Below are positions 10,714 through 21,201 of a stretch of DNA of 64,000 bases, one piece after another. The position numbers were made by a program, and so were the translations under genes. Source of the stretch: Paraphysomonas bandaiensis (lineage: Eukaryota > Protista > Chrysophyceae); the NCBI GenBank assembly GCA_965644295.1, contig CBFFRP010000217.1:415885-479884 (forward strand), given 5' to 3'. Position 1 is the stretch's first letter. Every line of letters starts with the position of its first letter. A model generated the notes under the pieces. It was given only the letters and a program-made list of their open reading frames with translations. It was not told where the DNA came from and did not search any database.

Positions 10714-12456
10714 ATGGACCCTCCTGAAAATGAGTTGGATATTGTCAAAAGGAAGATTGCTGCTATAGAAGTGAAGCTTGCCAGAGCAGAAGCAGAAAGA
10801 GACAACGAGCTTATCGTGGTGTATGAGAAACTTCTTGCGGGTCTGCAGGAGGAAGAGAACATTCTCTCTCAAGCAGCAGGTGAGCTCATTGATTCCAATT
10901 CATGTGCCACCATTTAACAGCTACTGTTTTCCTCAAAAATATTTACGGCCGTAGAAAGAATCCGCATATCTACTATTGATATTCTTTTGAGCAAAATGGA
11001 GACAATGTCAACCGAAGTTGTCAGCAAAATGGAGACAATGTCCGGGGTTGTCAGCAAAATGGAGACGATGTCCGGGGTTGTCAGCAAAATGGAGACAATG
11101 CCAACCGAAGTTGTCAGCAAAACGGAGACAATGTCAACCGGGGTTGGCAGCAAAATGGAGACAATGTCAACCGGGGTTGTCAGCAAAATGGAGATAATGT
11201 CCGGGGTTGTCAGCAAAATGGAGACAATGTCTGGGGTTGTCAGCAAAATGGAGACACTGTCCGGGGTTGTCAGCAAAATGGAGACAATGTCCGGGGTTGT
11301 CAGCAAAATGGAGACACTGTCAACCGAGATTTTCAGCAAACTGGAGACACTGTCAACCGAGATTTTCAGCAAACTGGAGACAATATCAGCCGGGATTGAG
11401 GCTTTGCTTAAATATAACGAGGATAAGAAATCTGTCTCTGGTAGTGAGTGTAGGATTTCTCATTACTATAATTTTGGCTTTGGCGAATTGACACCCCCAT
11501 TTGCCAAAAATGCCCTTGACTATGCTGCCACCAGACAAGAGTTTTTACAAATTAAGACATGTGTTACGCAGTATACTCAAAGAATAAGATGTTTATATCG
11601 TGCCAAGAAAACAGATGAGGTTATGTTTGTGCAGCCCTTGTCCCGTAATTTGTTGAAAGAGCTGGCGCAAGCAGTTGGCATGGGAGGCGATACAGAGGTG
11701 CAGCACAAAAATCACAGCCTTGCTGTTGAATATGACAGCAAAGAATATCACATTCATGGTGAAATGGACGCTGGATTGTTTTTGAAAGGCACACGTGTCT
11801 GTCTGTGCCCGTGGGAAGACAAGGATATGAGTAACGAATGGTCTTGGAAATACGTGACACAATGTGCTGCTGAGATGGCGGGCAAATTAGAGCACTTAAA
11901 ATCTGGATATGATTTTATCCCAAAACGATATTGTGGTATTGTAACTAACGGAAGATGGTGGGTGATAGTTTTCAGATATATCAACAGCGAAGGACGAAGG
12001 TTTTGGCTGCACACAACTCCAATTCAAGCCATTGATATCGCCGGGAATATTATACCTCGAGGTGTTTATCAAGTAATAATCCTTCTGTTTCATGCAATGA
12101 TGATTTCCAAGGAGGTGATGAAGGCGCTGTTCGTCCAGATAAGAAGTATTTTTGATGTAGAAAAATCTGGTCGCCATATCGACAAGTATAGCCCGCGTGA
12201 AGACGCATCGAGTGATGATGACGATGTGAAGACACACTCGAGTGAAGGAGGGAACATCGCTCGGCCCAATGAGAGGGGTCGACATGGTGAGAATGGGGGG
12301 AAGCAGAGTGGTGGGCACCAGCATGCTGGACAAAAGTATGCATTGCAGGATATTGGCAATACATGTAGTCCTTTGACTGTAAGCAACATCGCTGCCCACG
12401 GGAAATTAGTGCCAAAAAAGAATGTATTTACTGAAATTGGTCTGCGTGACTATTGA
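10714..12456 (+). CDS. Crinkler (CR effector)-like protein: helical N-terminal header, repeat coiled coil and PD-(D/E)xK restriction-endonuclease-fold domain
   Basis: Exon 1 10714-10879 (amphipathic helical hairpin). The GTGAGC donor at 10880 spliced to the TAG at 10954 joins it in frame to ORF 10987..12456. The C-terminal domain has the E...G-x-x-D...EDK...Q..AE...GIVTNGRWW pattern typical of CR-REase/HsdR_N-like nucleases. Confidence 0.65.
10990..11400 (+). repeat. Coding tandem repeat, ~13 units of 30/33 bp (SKMETMSGVV / SKMETMSTEVV)
   Basis: Direct reading of the AGCAAAATGGAGACAATGTC... units. Confidence 0.9.
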
Positions 12457-12906
12457 TGGGATATCTAGATGTAATCTAACAGTTTATGTATCTCTTGCTT
12501 CTCATTAGATTATGAGGGAATGTCAGAATGCCATGCGGTGGTATACCGGTTTAAAATACATAATTCAGAAACTTGATATATTTATATTTAGTAATATATA
12601 AAATGTTTTCCTTTTTCTCTTCAAAAACTTTAAACAAAAGAGCTGGACAAGGTAAAACTCTTACTTTAAAATAGTTAAAATCCTTGGCCAATACAGTAGC
12701 CGTAACTACATCTGGATCTAAAGAAGTTATAGCCACAAGGATTCTCAAGTTGAGAGGTCACCTAGGTCCCAAATCACAAGGGGGGTTAACCATATTACAA
12801 AAGGAACTTCTAAATAATAGTACAATAAGCATTTAACTCAAGTAAGAATGATTACACAACAATTGGTGTACTAACGGTAGAATTTAGTTTAACAGCAATC
12901 ATGCTT

Positions 12907-13215
12907 ATGTTGGAATACGTATGGTTCTCTAAGATAGTACTGTAGAATACGTTAAATACAATGTGAAAAAACAGTAATATACGTAGTCAATAGTCAAAAG
13001 AGCTATATAGCTATAACTGTGAAACTGAAGTATTATATCATGACGATTCAAGATACGGAAGTTGAGCAGTGGTTGACATGAACGAAATAATTTATTATGT
13101 ATGTGTTACATGACAACACACACAATTGTGTAATCAATTATAATAAAGTAATCTATCCAGTTTGACTAACTTAAACTTCTCTTACAACGATCTTAATCAT
13201 CTGAAAATGGTCAAT
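12907..13215. repeat. Dispersed repeat module D, copy 2
   Basis: Longer, near-identical version of 6451-6695. Confidence 0.8.
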
Positions 13216-13359
13216 TATCAATAGCTTAGTCTAACAAAAAATTCACAGGAAAGTTACTCTCCCAATTTCGGGTTCGACGAAGGTTGAAAAATGGTTTTAA
13301 AATATTACATATATAAATATTCGTCGTTATTTCATTATAAACAGTAATAACACAGGGGG

Positions 13360-14442
13360 TCGGTCATACAGATGGATTGATGATATGTGGTGGTATACCC
13401 CTAAAGATGGCGCCCTCCCCATGTGTAAAATCCAGGCTTCTCTTGTGATGTGGATTGCTCTTCTTGTGTAGAAATTTGCCCCACATTATGTGGAGTACAT
13501 CTTGTTCTGATTTCTTCTAAAAGTGTTTCACGTAGAATATCGATGTCGGTACTAGTTATTGGCACCGCGCCATTACCTGTAAACTTATCAAGCATTCTCG
13601 TACACAATGCTTCCGGTAATGTCGTATGCATTTCTCGCATATCTCTAGATAAGTTCCCGACATTTGCTTCCAGCGACGACATACGATTAGCTAGAATCAC
13701 ATTGGGTGGAACACCAGTAGCATTCATTCTTGACACATCATTTCGAAACACACCAGTTAATACTTTCGGTCGTAGACGTTGTAGTATACCACTTGCCAAT
13801 ATTAATGGTCAGTGCATCCTCCTCCCAAGATATATGATCGTACATTATATGTGCAACTGTTACAGATCTTGCTATCAAATTCCAGCATAGCAATAAATAG
13901 GACAAGCAAAATGTATACAGTCCAAAGTCATGGTCCTGTTTAGCTGCTTTCTCTGCAAGAAATATGTACCCTTTCATGGTCATTGCAGCCTTGCCTTCTC
14001 GTGAAGGTAATAAGCCACGCTGCTTAAGGTCAGCAACCTTCCTCTTGAATCTCTCGAGAGTTTCCTTAAAAATACTCTCTATTTCCGGTGAAGGGTTCAT
14101 TCGCTTTTCCGTGTACATATTCTTAAGAGCACTTCGATGTCCATTAACGTGTGCAAACGAGTAATATTGTGGAGGGTCATAGTACAGACCAGTGCGGCTG
14201 TCTATTTTAAGAAGCACATGAGCCATGTACTTTTCCATGACTACGTCAGGTATCGGTAGTATTGGTGTGAGCTTGTCACCGTTGTCTCTTTCCACGCAGG
14301 CGGGGTAATGCTCATCAAGCCAATGTGCAAAGGCCCTGACCCTGTCTGCATATTGCCTGCGGGTGCTATCCGTTAACCGCATCTGCTTGGTTTGCTGTGC
14401 AATCTCATCTCTGAACTCACTTTGCTCTCTAATAATATCCAT
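13360..14442 (-). mobile_element. Crypton (CryptonS-like) tyrosine-recombinase transposon, internally deleted and frameshifted
   Basis: ORF 13738..14442 has core-binding motifs (STRRQY...HRSALK) and EGKAAMTMKGYIFLA...YLLLCWNLIARSVTVAHIMYDHISWEEDAL containing the first catalytic Arg. It breaks at ~13795 into another frame carrying the C-terminal motifs TGVPPNV, GAVPIT and YTWGGR. The H-x-x-R and Tyr segment is absent. Confidence 0.75.
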
Positions 14443-14742
14443 TGTGCTTGGTTTGTTCTAAGTTCTTTGTTCTTGCAGTTTATGGGCATTGGTGTTGTAT
14501 GGTTTGAATGGCGATACAGTAGTGGCCAAACGGTAAAAAAATGCCGAACAATAATGTGTTCGTAAAATCGAGATATTCTAGATATCATAATTATACGGTG
14601 GAGATAAACCGATTTTCCGAACATTTACTGTTCGGCAAGTCTGTTATACGGTGATCCAAATATTCGTAAAAGTGGGATATTTTCATATATGGATATGTAC
14701 ATCTTGAAAAATAGGCACTAAAAAATAAAGCAAAAAGAAATT

Positions 14743-14826
14743 TGCATTCGGTGGGATTCGAACCCACGCAGCCGTTCGACTACTGCAACTTGAGTGCAGC
14801 TCCTTAGACCACTCGGACACGAATGC
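14743..14826 (-). tRNA. tRNA-Leu (anticodon CAA), identical inverted copy of 10179-10262
   Basis: Base-by-base reverse complement of the first copy, with its own T-run terminator. Confidence 0.95.
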
Positions 14827-15859
14827 CTTTGATGACATCAATGCATAATTTACTATATATATATCTATACACTAATATCTGTGTATATAGTAGAGACGGG
14901 CAGAGTGGTGTGCTTTAAGGTGGACATCGGACGATATGCACAATCTATTGGCAATCTATTGGCAATCTATTGAGATATATTGGAAGCCGAGGTTACTCAT
15001 GCATACCACTTAATGAAAACCAGTCCCTATTATGATATGATATCAGAGCATTCAAACAGAGTATAAGAAACTGTATATGGGTCACAAGGGGAATAGAGTC
15101 TGTGTATGGACTCTCACCGTATGAAAGACTCCTCCATATCAGATCTGACTGTTACAAGTTGCTCCATATGTTTGAATCTATCTCTAATAGAGACATTATC
15201 ACGTGCTGCTTCTTGTCCAGTGCATTAGTATGGAGTTGGTTTCCCATGAAAATCGTCTTCATATTTCCCTGTACTTTGAGTTTTGATGATACATATAAGA
15301 CTGTGAGATAAGTTAACTCACTTGTCTATGTATTAAGTGTAAGAAATCTCATTAAGACAGTGGTAATCGTTCCACATTACTCGTCATCGTGAAGTTCACT
15401 GAAGTTGCTGTCTCTACAAACACATCGTACGCAGTAATGTTGAAGTATTGATTACCTATTCGTACTATTCATGCGGTATCTATATCTGTATTTGAATTAT
15501 TATTCATGCTGCTGAGCCTATTATTTCAACGTCTTGTAGGAGTATCCACCCTGAGGCTCCTAGTATAGTATTATTCTGAAAGCTTACCCACACATATGGC
15601 CATATGGATGCATATTTAAGTTAATTTTGAGTGGAATTAGTAATGATGAGCATAGTACATGAGTTTACTACAGATGATAAAGGTGAGAGCGTCTTTTTAT
15701 GAACAATTGATACCACAGCAACGCTCATATCTTCGGCACTCTACGCATTTTACGAATCACATTGATTTCAATTTTAATGTCAGGCAGAAAAAATCGGTAG
15801 TGGGTCGACTATAGTAACATTGACTATTGACTATAAGTAATGAAGAGTCTGAAGTTTTA

Positions 15860-16395
15860 TAAGTAATGAATGTCTTATTATTAGCAATAGGCGTTTAAGA
15901 GTCATAACTAGTGAACTAGTGTAGCAAAACAATTTAACTTACTAGTTACTAGTGCATAACTCTGATGTCCTCCTATTTAACGCAACGAAAGCTGCTTGTG
16001 TATCACAGCAACCACTTCTGCTCTATCGCTCAAAACAAACGCAGTGAGAAAGCAGAGTGTTGATATACGTGACATCTGCTGACTTCAGAATTATTTGAGT
16101 TCTTATGGTAAACAGCCCGGATGCTTGACTTCAGCAGGCAGCCCAGTATCCCAGATGCCCTTGAGGCGATCCCTGTCCCGTATGCCTGTTTATTCGTCAA
16201 GGCTCAACGACGTTTACACAAGTGACACTTGTATTAGTTTCCCTTGTACCCACACAAGTACATTAAGCTATGAGTGGGCAGAACAATATCTGCTGACCAT
16301 ATATGGGGTTCACGTTAATTTCCTGGAGAAATAGCTCCGGTACTTATCCCCTAGAACACCATGAAAAGGTTCGAGTCCGGAGTTGTTGAGGGTGA
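15860..16395 (+). repeat. Composite dispersed repeat A(-)-C-B
   Basis: A arm ending ~16018, then module C (CTCTATCGCTCAAA...GACATCTGCTGACTTCAG), then module B ~16100-16395 ending GTTGAGGGTGA. Confidence 0.75.
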
Positions 16396-16908
16396 AAAAT
16401 ATATTAGTTTTTGAAAAGAATGTTTTAATCTAGTCAGACCAATGCCTTATTGTTCATTTATGATAAAATACTTTAGTAAACAGTTTGGAATTCACATGTA
16501 CCTATATATGTATCATACACGTAATACAACAAGATCTAATGCAATAACAATTGCCTGATTATCATCAGACTAAATAATATACACCACAGTTCAAGGTATG
16601 TTATCATATGATTGGTTTTAAAGCTCCTTGTAATCACGTGTCGCTATTTACTCTTAGTCCTTATTCATTCACATGAAGTACTCAATCATTCTCACTTAAC
16701 AAATACAATTTACTTTACTTGCATCCAACAATAAATCTTATATAAAAGTGTGTACTACATTTACTTTCACCAGCATTTCTTGTTAACTAATACAAAAATT
16801 GTTGTCGCAAAGTGTTGACGTATAAATCTTCTTCGTAACGTGGTAGACATCAACGTAATAGTATACGCTGTAACCCCTTGGTAATATATTATATTGAAAG
16901 TCTTATTA

Positions 16909-17194
16909 TTAAGGTGAACATCCCGGATGCTTGACTTCAGAAGGCAGCCCAATACCCCCGTTACCCTTCAGGTGGGCCTTGTCCCGGATGCCTGTTTCTT
17001 CTTCAGGGCCCAAAGACGTCTAAACAAGTGACACTTATTGGTGTCCCTTGTACCACACAAGAATTCGGCAATGAGTGGGCAGAAGAATATCTGTTGACTA
17101 TGCTTGCGGCTCACGTTAGTTTCCCAGAGAGAATCTCTCTGGTACTTATCCCACAGAATACCACGAAAAGGTGCGAGTCAGACTATGTTGAGGG
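16909..17194 (+). repeat. Repeat module B copy
   Basis: TTAAGGTGAACATCCCGGATGC...GACTATGTTGAGGG. Confidence 0.85.
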
Positions 17195-17634
17195 AACCAC
17201 CTGGTAAGGGTCAGGAGGTAGGAGGCAGTAAAAAGTACAATAAAACCACCTAGTGTCTGTCAGCAAAGTTATGCTATTCTCATATTGATGACAAGTAGCA
17301 AGCTAATAAACCAAGAGGTTAGCGTATTAGTATTCGATGACAAGAAATTAGAAATTAAAATAGCTGTTATGACGTGCCATTCTAGATGAAAAGTTAATGG
17401 GATTGTGGTGTAGTGTCGCCCATCATGTTACAACTTTGTTGATTACAAGCAACTGTGTAGTAATTTTTACCTTATTTACAAGACTTTGACTTTTATTTAG
17501 AAGGCTAAAACTCATCTAGCAAAGCGCTCTTGTATCAACAGCAGATAGTTGTCGAGCTACTCGAGAAGTAAACGCATTAGCGACGCACTATTGTACATTA
17601 GTATATCACGATATCGATTATCATTACTGTTAGG

Positions 17635-18030
17635 TCACCCTCAACAAAGTCGGACTCGCACCTTTTCGTGGTGTTCTGGGGGATAAGTACCGGAGATATT
17701 TCTCCGGGAAACTAACGTGAGCCGCATATACAGTCAGCAGATATATTGTTCTGCCCACTCATAGCCAAATGCTTGTGTGGTACAAGGGACACTAATAAGT
17801 GTCACTTGTGTAGACGTCTTTGGGCCCTGACGAATAAACAGGCATCCGGGAATGGGCCCACCTCAAGGGCATCCGGGATAGGGCCCACCAGAAGGGTAAC
17901 CGGGGTATTGGGCTGCCTGCTGAAGTTAAGCATCCGGGATGTTCACCTTAAGAACTCAAAACACCTGAAGTCAGCAGATGTCAGGTATATCAACATTCTG
18001 CTTGCTCCCTGCGTTTGCTTTGAGTGATTG
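17635..18030 (-). repeat. Repeat modules B (17635-17952) and C, inverted
   Basis: TCACCCTCAAC...GTTCACCTTAAG followed by GAAGTCAGCAGATGTCAGGTATATCAACATTCTGC; reverse complement of the 16020-16395 block. Confidence 0.85.
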
Positions 18031-19048
18031 ATGCTGAGTATGAGTTCACATTATTCGGTATCTGTGTGGCCGGCCAATGACCGAGGTAATGCGTCAAACT
18101 TTCCTCATGGATGCATGGCAATGGCAATGATGTGATTAGACCTGTCATGTCTTCTCACACGTCTACTGCCTAGTCTTGGTTTCTCCTGACCCAGGTCATT
18201 GAGATTATATCAAGGCTCTGGCACTGTTCTCCAAGCAGTGTCAGGTACATTTGTGGTGCTTTTATGTTATTCTTGCTTAGTAGTTTTTCATCCGAGCGGG
18301 GAAGGTGCACGGTTTCCTACTAGTGTAAGTCACTCGGGAGAAGAGTGCAAGGTGGATGCATGTGCTGGATGAGTGCACACAATGGAGGGAAGACATTGGA
18401 GTCAGCTTGAATTTGTAACAGATTTTGGTAGATGTCTGTTTCATGCGTCAGTGTGCAAAACTGCACCAGTGAGACCGCTTCGTGACCGTGGGAGGACCCG
18501 GCGCTAGTGCTACTTTATTCTCCCTTCCAGACTACCTGCTGCTGTGAACACCACCTTGAAGAGGGCCCTAAAGATCTGCCGCATATACAGGAGACATATG
18601 CCGAAGACACCGACCGCAAGTTGTTTGTGTTAGGACAAGTAGATTGGGCAGGAGCGTATGATCCGGCTTAAACACGCAACTCGTCGTATGCCCATGTAGC
18701 TAACTAAATCGTGTTGTATAGTTGAGCACTTGTCGGTGCATGCAATAGTAACTAGATGAGAGTCATGTTATGCATAGTATCGCGCGAGTTGTTAGGTTGG
18801 TCGCGGCAACGCACAAGCTTGCGCTTCTTAATAATCAGATTTTCAATATTACTGTTAGGTCATTATTGTAGAACATGCATGTGATACGGCATGATAAAGA
18901 AACATGTCAAAGCATCACGTGTTTCGAATTTCGTTTTTTCTGCAATCATTCCTACACACCTACTAGATGACTAATTGCTATGTAATGACACAAAAATACA
19001 GCAGTAAAACTCATGCTCATATACGTTGAATTGACACTACCACTACAA

Positions 19049-20657
19049 CTACACAAATATATTTAGATTTTGGGGAAGTCGGACTTGATCAAGAGGTTTG
19101 TTGGGATCAAGATCTTCAGTGTTCGAGTACCCCATGGCACTGGCAATAAACCCGCGTAGTGATATTGTGGTCACATCAATTCCATATTCCGCCAGTTCAT
19201 CCTAGGAAAAATGGTTAATATATCTGGTGTAAAATATGGCTATTATAGCTCAGAGCAAATATAACCCCCAAAAATGAAGCAACATTATACTCCGATATTG
19301 AAACAAAATAAAATAAATACAACAGCACATCAAGCATTTATATCACAAATCCTAGCATATGAAGAACTCACCCTAATCCTGTTCTCAATAGAAGAAATTG
19401 AATCATGCGTATGTATCGATATGGGCCCAACTTCAACATCCTCTTCTGTGTCTATTTTGCTCTTGGGTAGAATTAGTTTGAGTAGGGTTGTAGAACCACA
19501 TGGACAGCTATCATTAGCACTAGGAGGGGCAGGCTTGGGAGGTGGGTCTCTTTCGGCTTCATTCGCATCAAAGAGCAAATCTACACGAGAATATTTTACA
19601 ATTCAGATAGGCAGATTCATCAACACATAATACTAAACATACGGCATCATGTATTTTTGTGACGACCACATATATACACAGCTCCACGTATGCTAATAGC
19701 ACCAGGTTGTGTGGAGGATAACCAAACTAACATCCACTACCTACCATCCAGAATTTCGGTAGCACGCTCATGCAGTGTGGCGCGTTCAATTGCGGCTGAA
19801 TATATCCCTGGTAAGAAATCATTGGAGATGTGTTCTCGAGTAGGATCCTTCCATGTTCCATCTTCATACAACTGAGACGTAATATCTTCCACCATTGACG
19901 GTAGCAGTTGCAATATCGCCTGACGTGCAGTAACCTTTGTACGTGCCTGATCCTCTTGAGCCTGCTTCTCACGTAAACCTTTCAGAGCTAAGTCTTTAAT
20001 ACATGCATCAGCGATAGATTCTTGTTCTCGTTTCTTAGCCCACTGTGCCTCCACATGCTTTTCCTGGTGAAAACGCTCAACTTCAGCTTGTAGATTCATC
20101 AGTTCTTCCTCACGTTCTATCTCAAACAAAGCTTGCTCTAGGGTTTTAGAGACGATAACCTGTACCATTGGCTCAACTTCCTCATCAAAATTAAATAAAT
20201 CACTAAGCTTTTCGACTTGTGTAGCCTGATCTACCCCAGTTTTGCGAGGAACATACTCAGGAGTATCTGGTCGGTCTTTGAATTTATCTGTTTGTGTCTG
20301 AATAGTTTTAGCAACTGGAGCGGCTTCTTCGGGCTCCACAAGAAAAGGTGTTAAGTCTATATCAGGGTGTACATATGCAGGGACATCAAAGAAAAATGCC
20401 GGCTGAATTCGAGGCTCCTCTACTTCATCTTCTCTCTGTGTTCTCGCTGAAGTTGGCTTTAGAGTTTTATCAGTAACCTCTCGACTCTTTCCAAACACCT
20501 GAGGCTTTTTAAGTGAACTACTAACCATCCCTCGTACGACCCTTGGATCAGACATTAATGTCAAGTGAGCATCTTCCTCACGATATTTTCGACGACCTCC
20601 CGGCTTAACAGGCTGAGGAGCCGTTGAATAAGTAAAAGACGGCTCTGTTGGCATCAC
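19049..20657 (-). CDS. RSP3: Flagellar radial spoke protein 3 (multi-exon)
   Basis: Motifs LMSDPRVVRG, TQTD.F.DRP.TPEYVPRKTGVDQATQVE..DLFNFDEEVEPMVQVIVSKTLEQALFEIEREEEL are characteristic of RSP3. Downstream exons ~19330-19600 and 19049-19201. Confidence 0.85.
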
Positions 20658-21201
20658 CTATGCGAACTACTGAATGAAAAGAAACAACAATACAGGAGCT
20701 GAGAGGTGGATATGAAAATATAGGCTATCACAGGTGCTACACACGAATAAGTTGATGAATCAACAGTACGATTGACAGGACACACATAACATCAACCACC
20801 TCAACACATGCATACATACATACACATCCTCATCTATATATACTGCTGTACATACATACATACATACACACATATCTCCTCATATGACAAAAAAATGAAA
20901 CCGTCTATCATCTGACTGGTAGGACGAGTAATACATGTATTCCTGAGCTGTAGTTCAAACGGCAGTTGCGTAAATATTCCGTTTATTTTTGACCTTTTTT
21001 TTTTCTTCGTTCACTTCATTGTGTTTTATATATAGCGAAGTGCAGTAGCCCTCGGAGATATAGAGACATGTATGTATGTAGATGTATATGTTAGCAGCTG
21101 GTTCATATATATATGTATGTATGTGTTAGTAGATTGTGATATGGACAGTCGAGTATATTAAGTTATATATAGGAGTGTATATGTTGTATTGAGATTAAAC
21201 A

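Noticed and set aside
10914-11491. Alternative-frame and antisense ORFs over the Crinkler repeats
   Set aside because: Open only because the repeat units lack stops and have lengths divisible by 3.
12790-14692. TATGG/CCATA pentamers as Crypton terminal repeats
   Set aside because: 5-mers occur by chance several times here; the ends cannot be assigned without other copies.
16366-16382. GGTTCGAGTCC B-box suggesting a tRNA-derived SINE
   Set aside because: Present in one copy only (others read GGTGCGAGTC), lies at the far end of the element, and no A-box or cloverleaf was found.
17820-17850. CTGACGA/CTGAAGA in module B resembling a hammerhead ribozyme core
   Set aside because: No stem II and no conserved GAAA follow (ATAAAC in most copies), so the core cannot be completed.
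17822-17940. Repeat/spacer pattern as a CRISPR array
   Set aside because: Eukaryotic context, only four degenerate units with ~10-15-nt spacers, the same spacers in each dispersed copy, and no cas genes.
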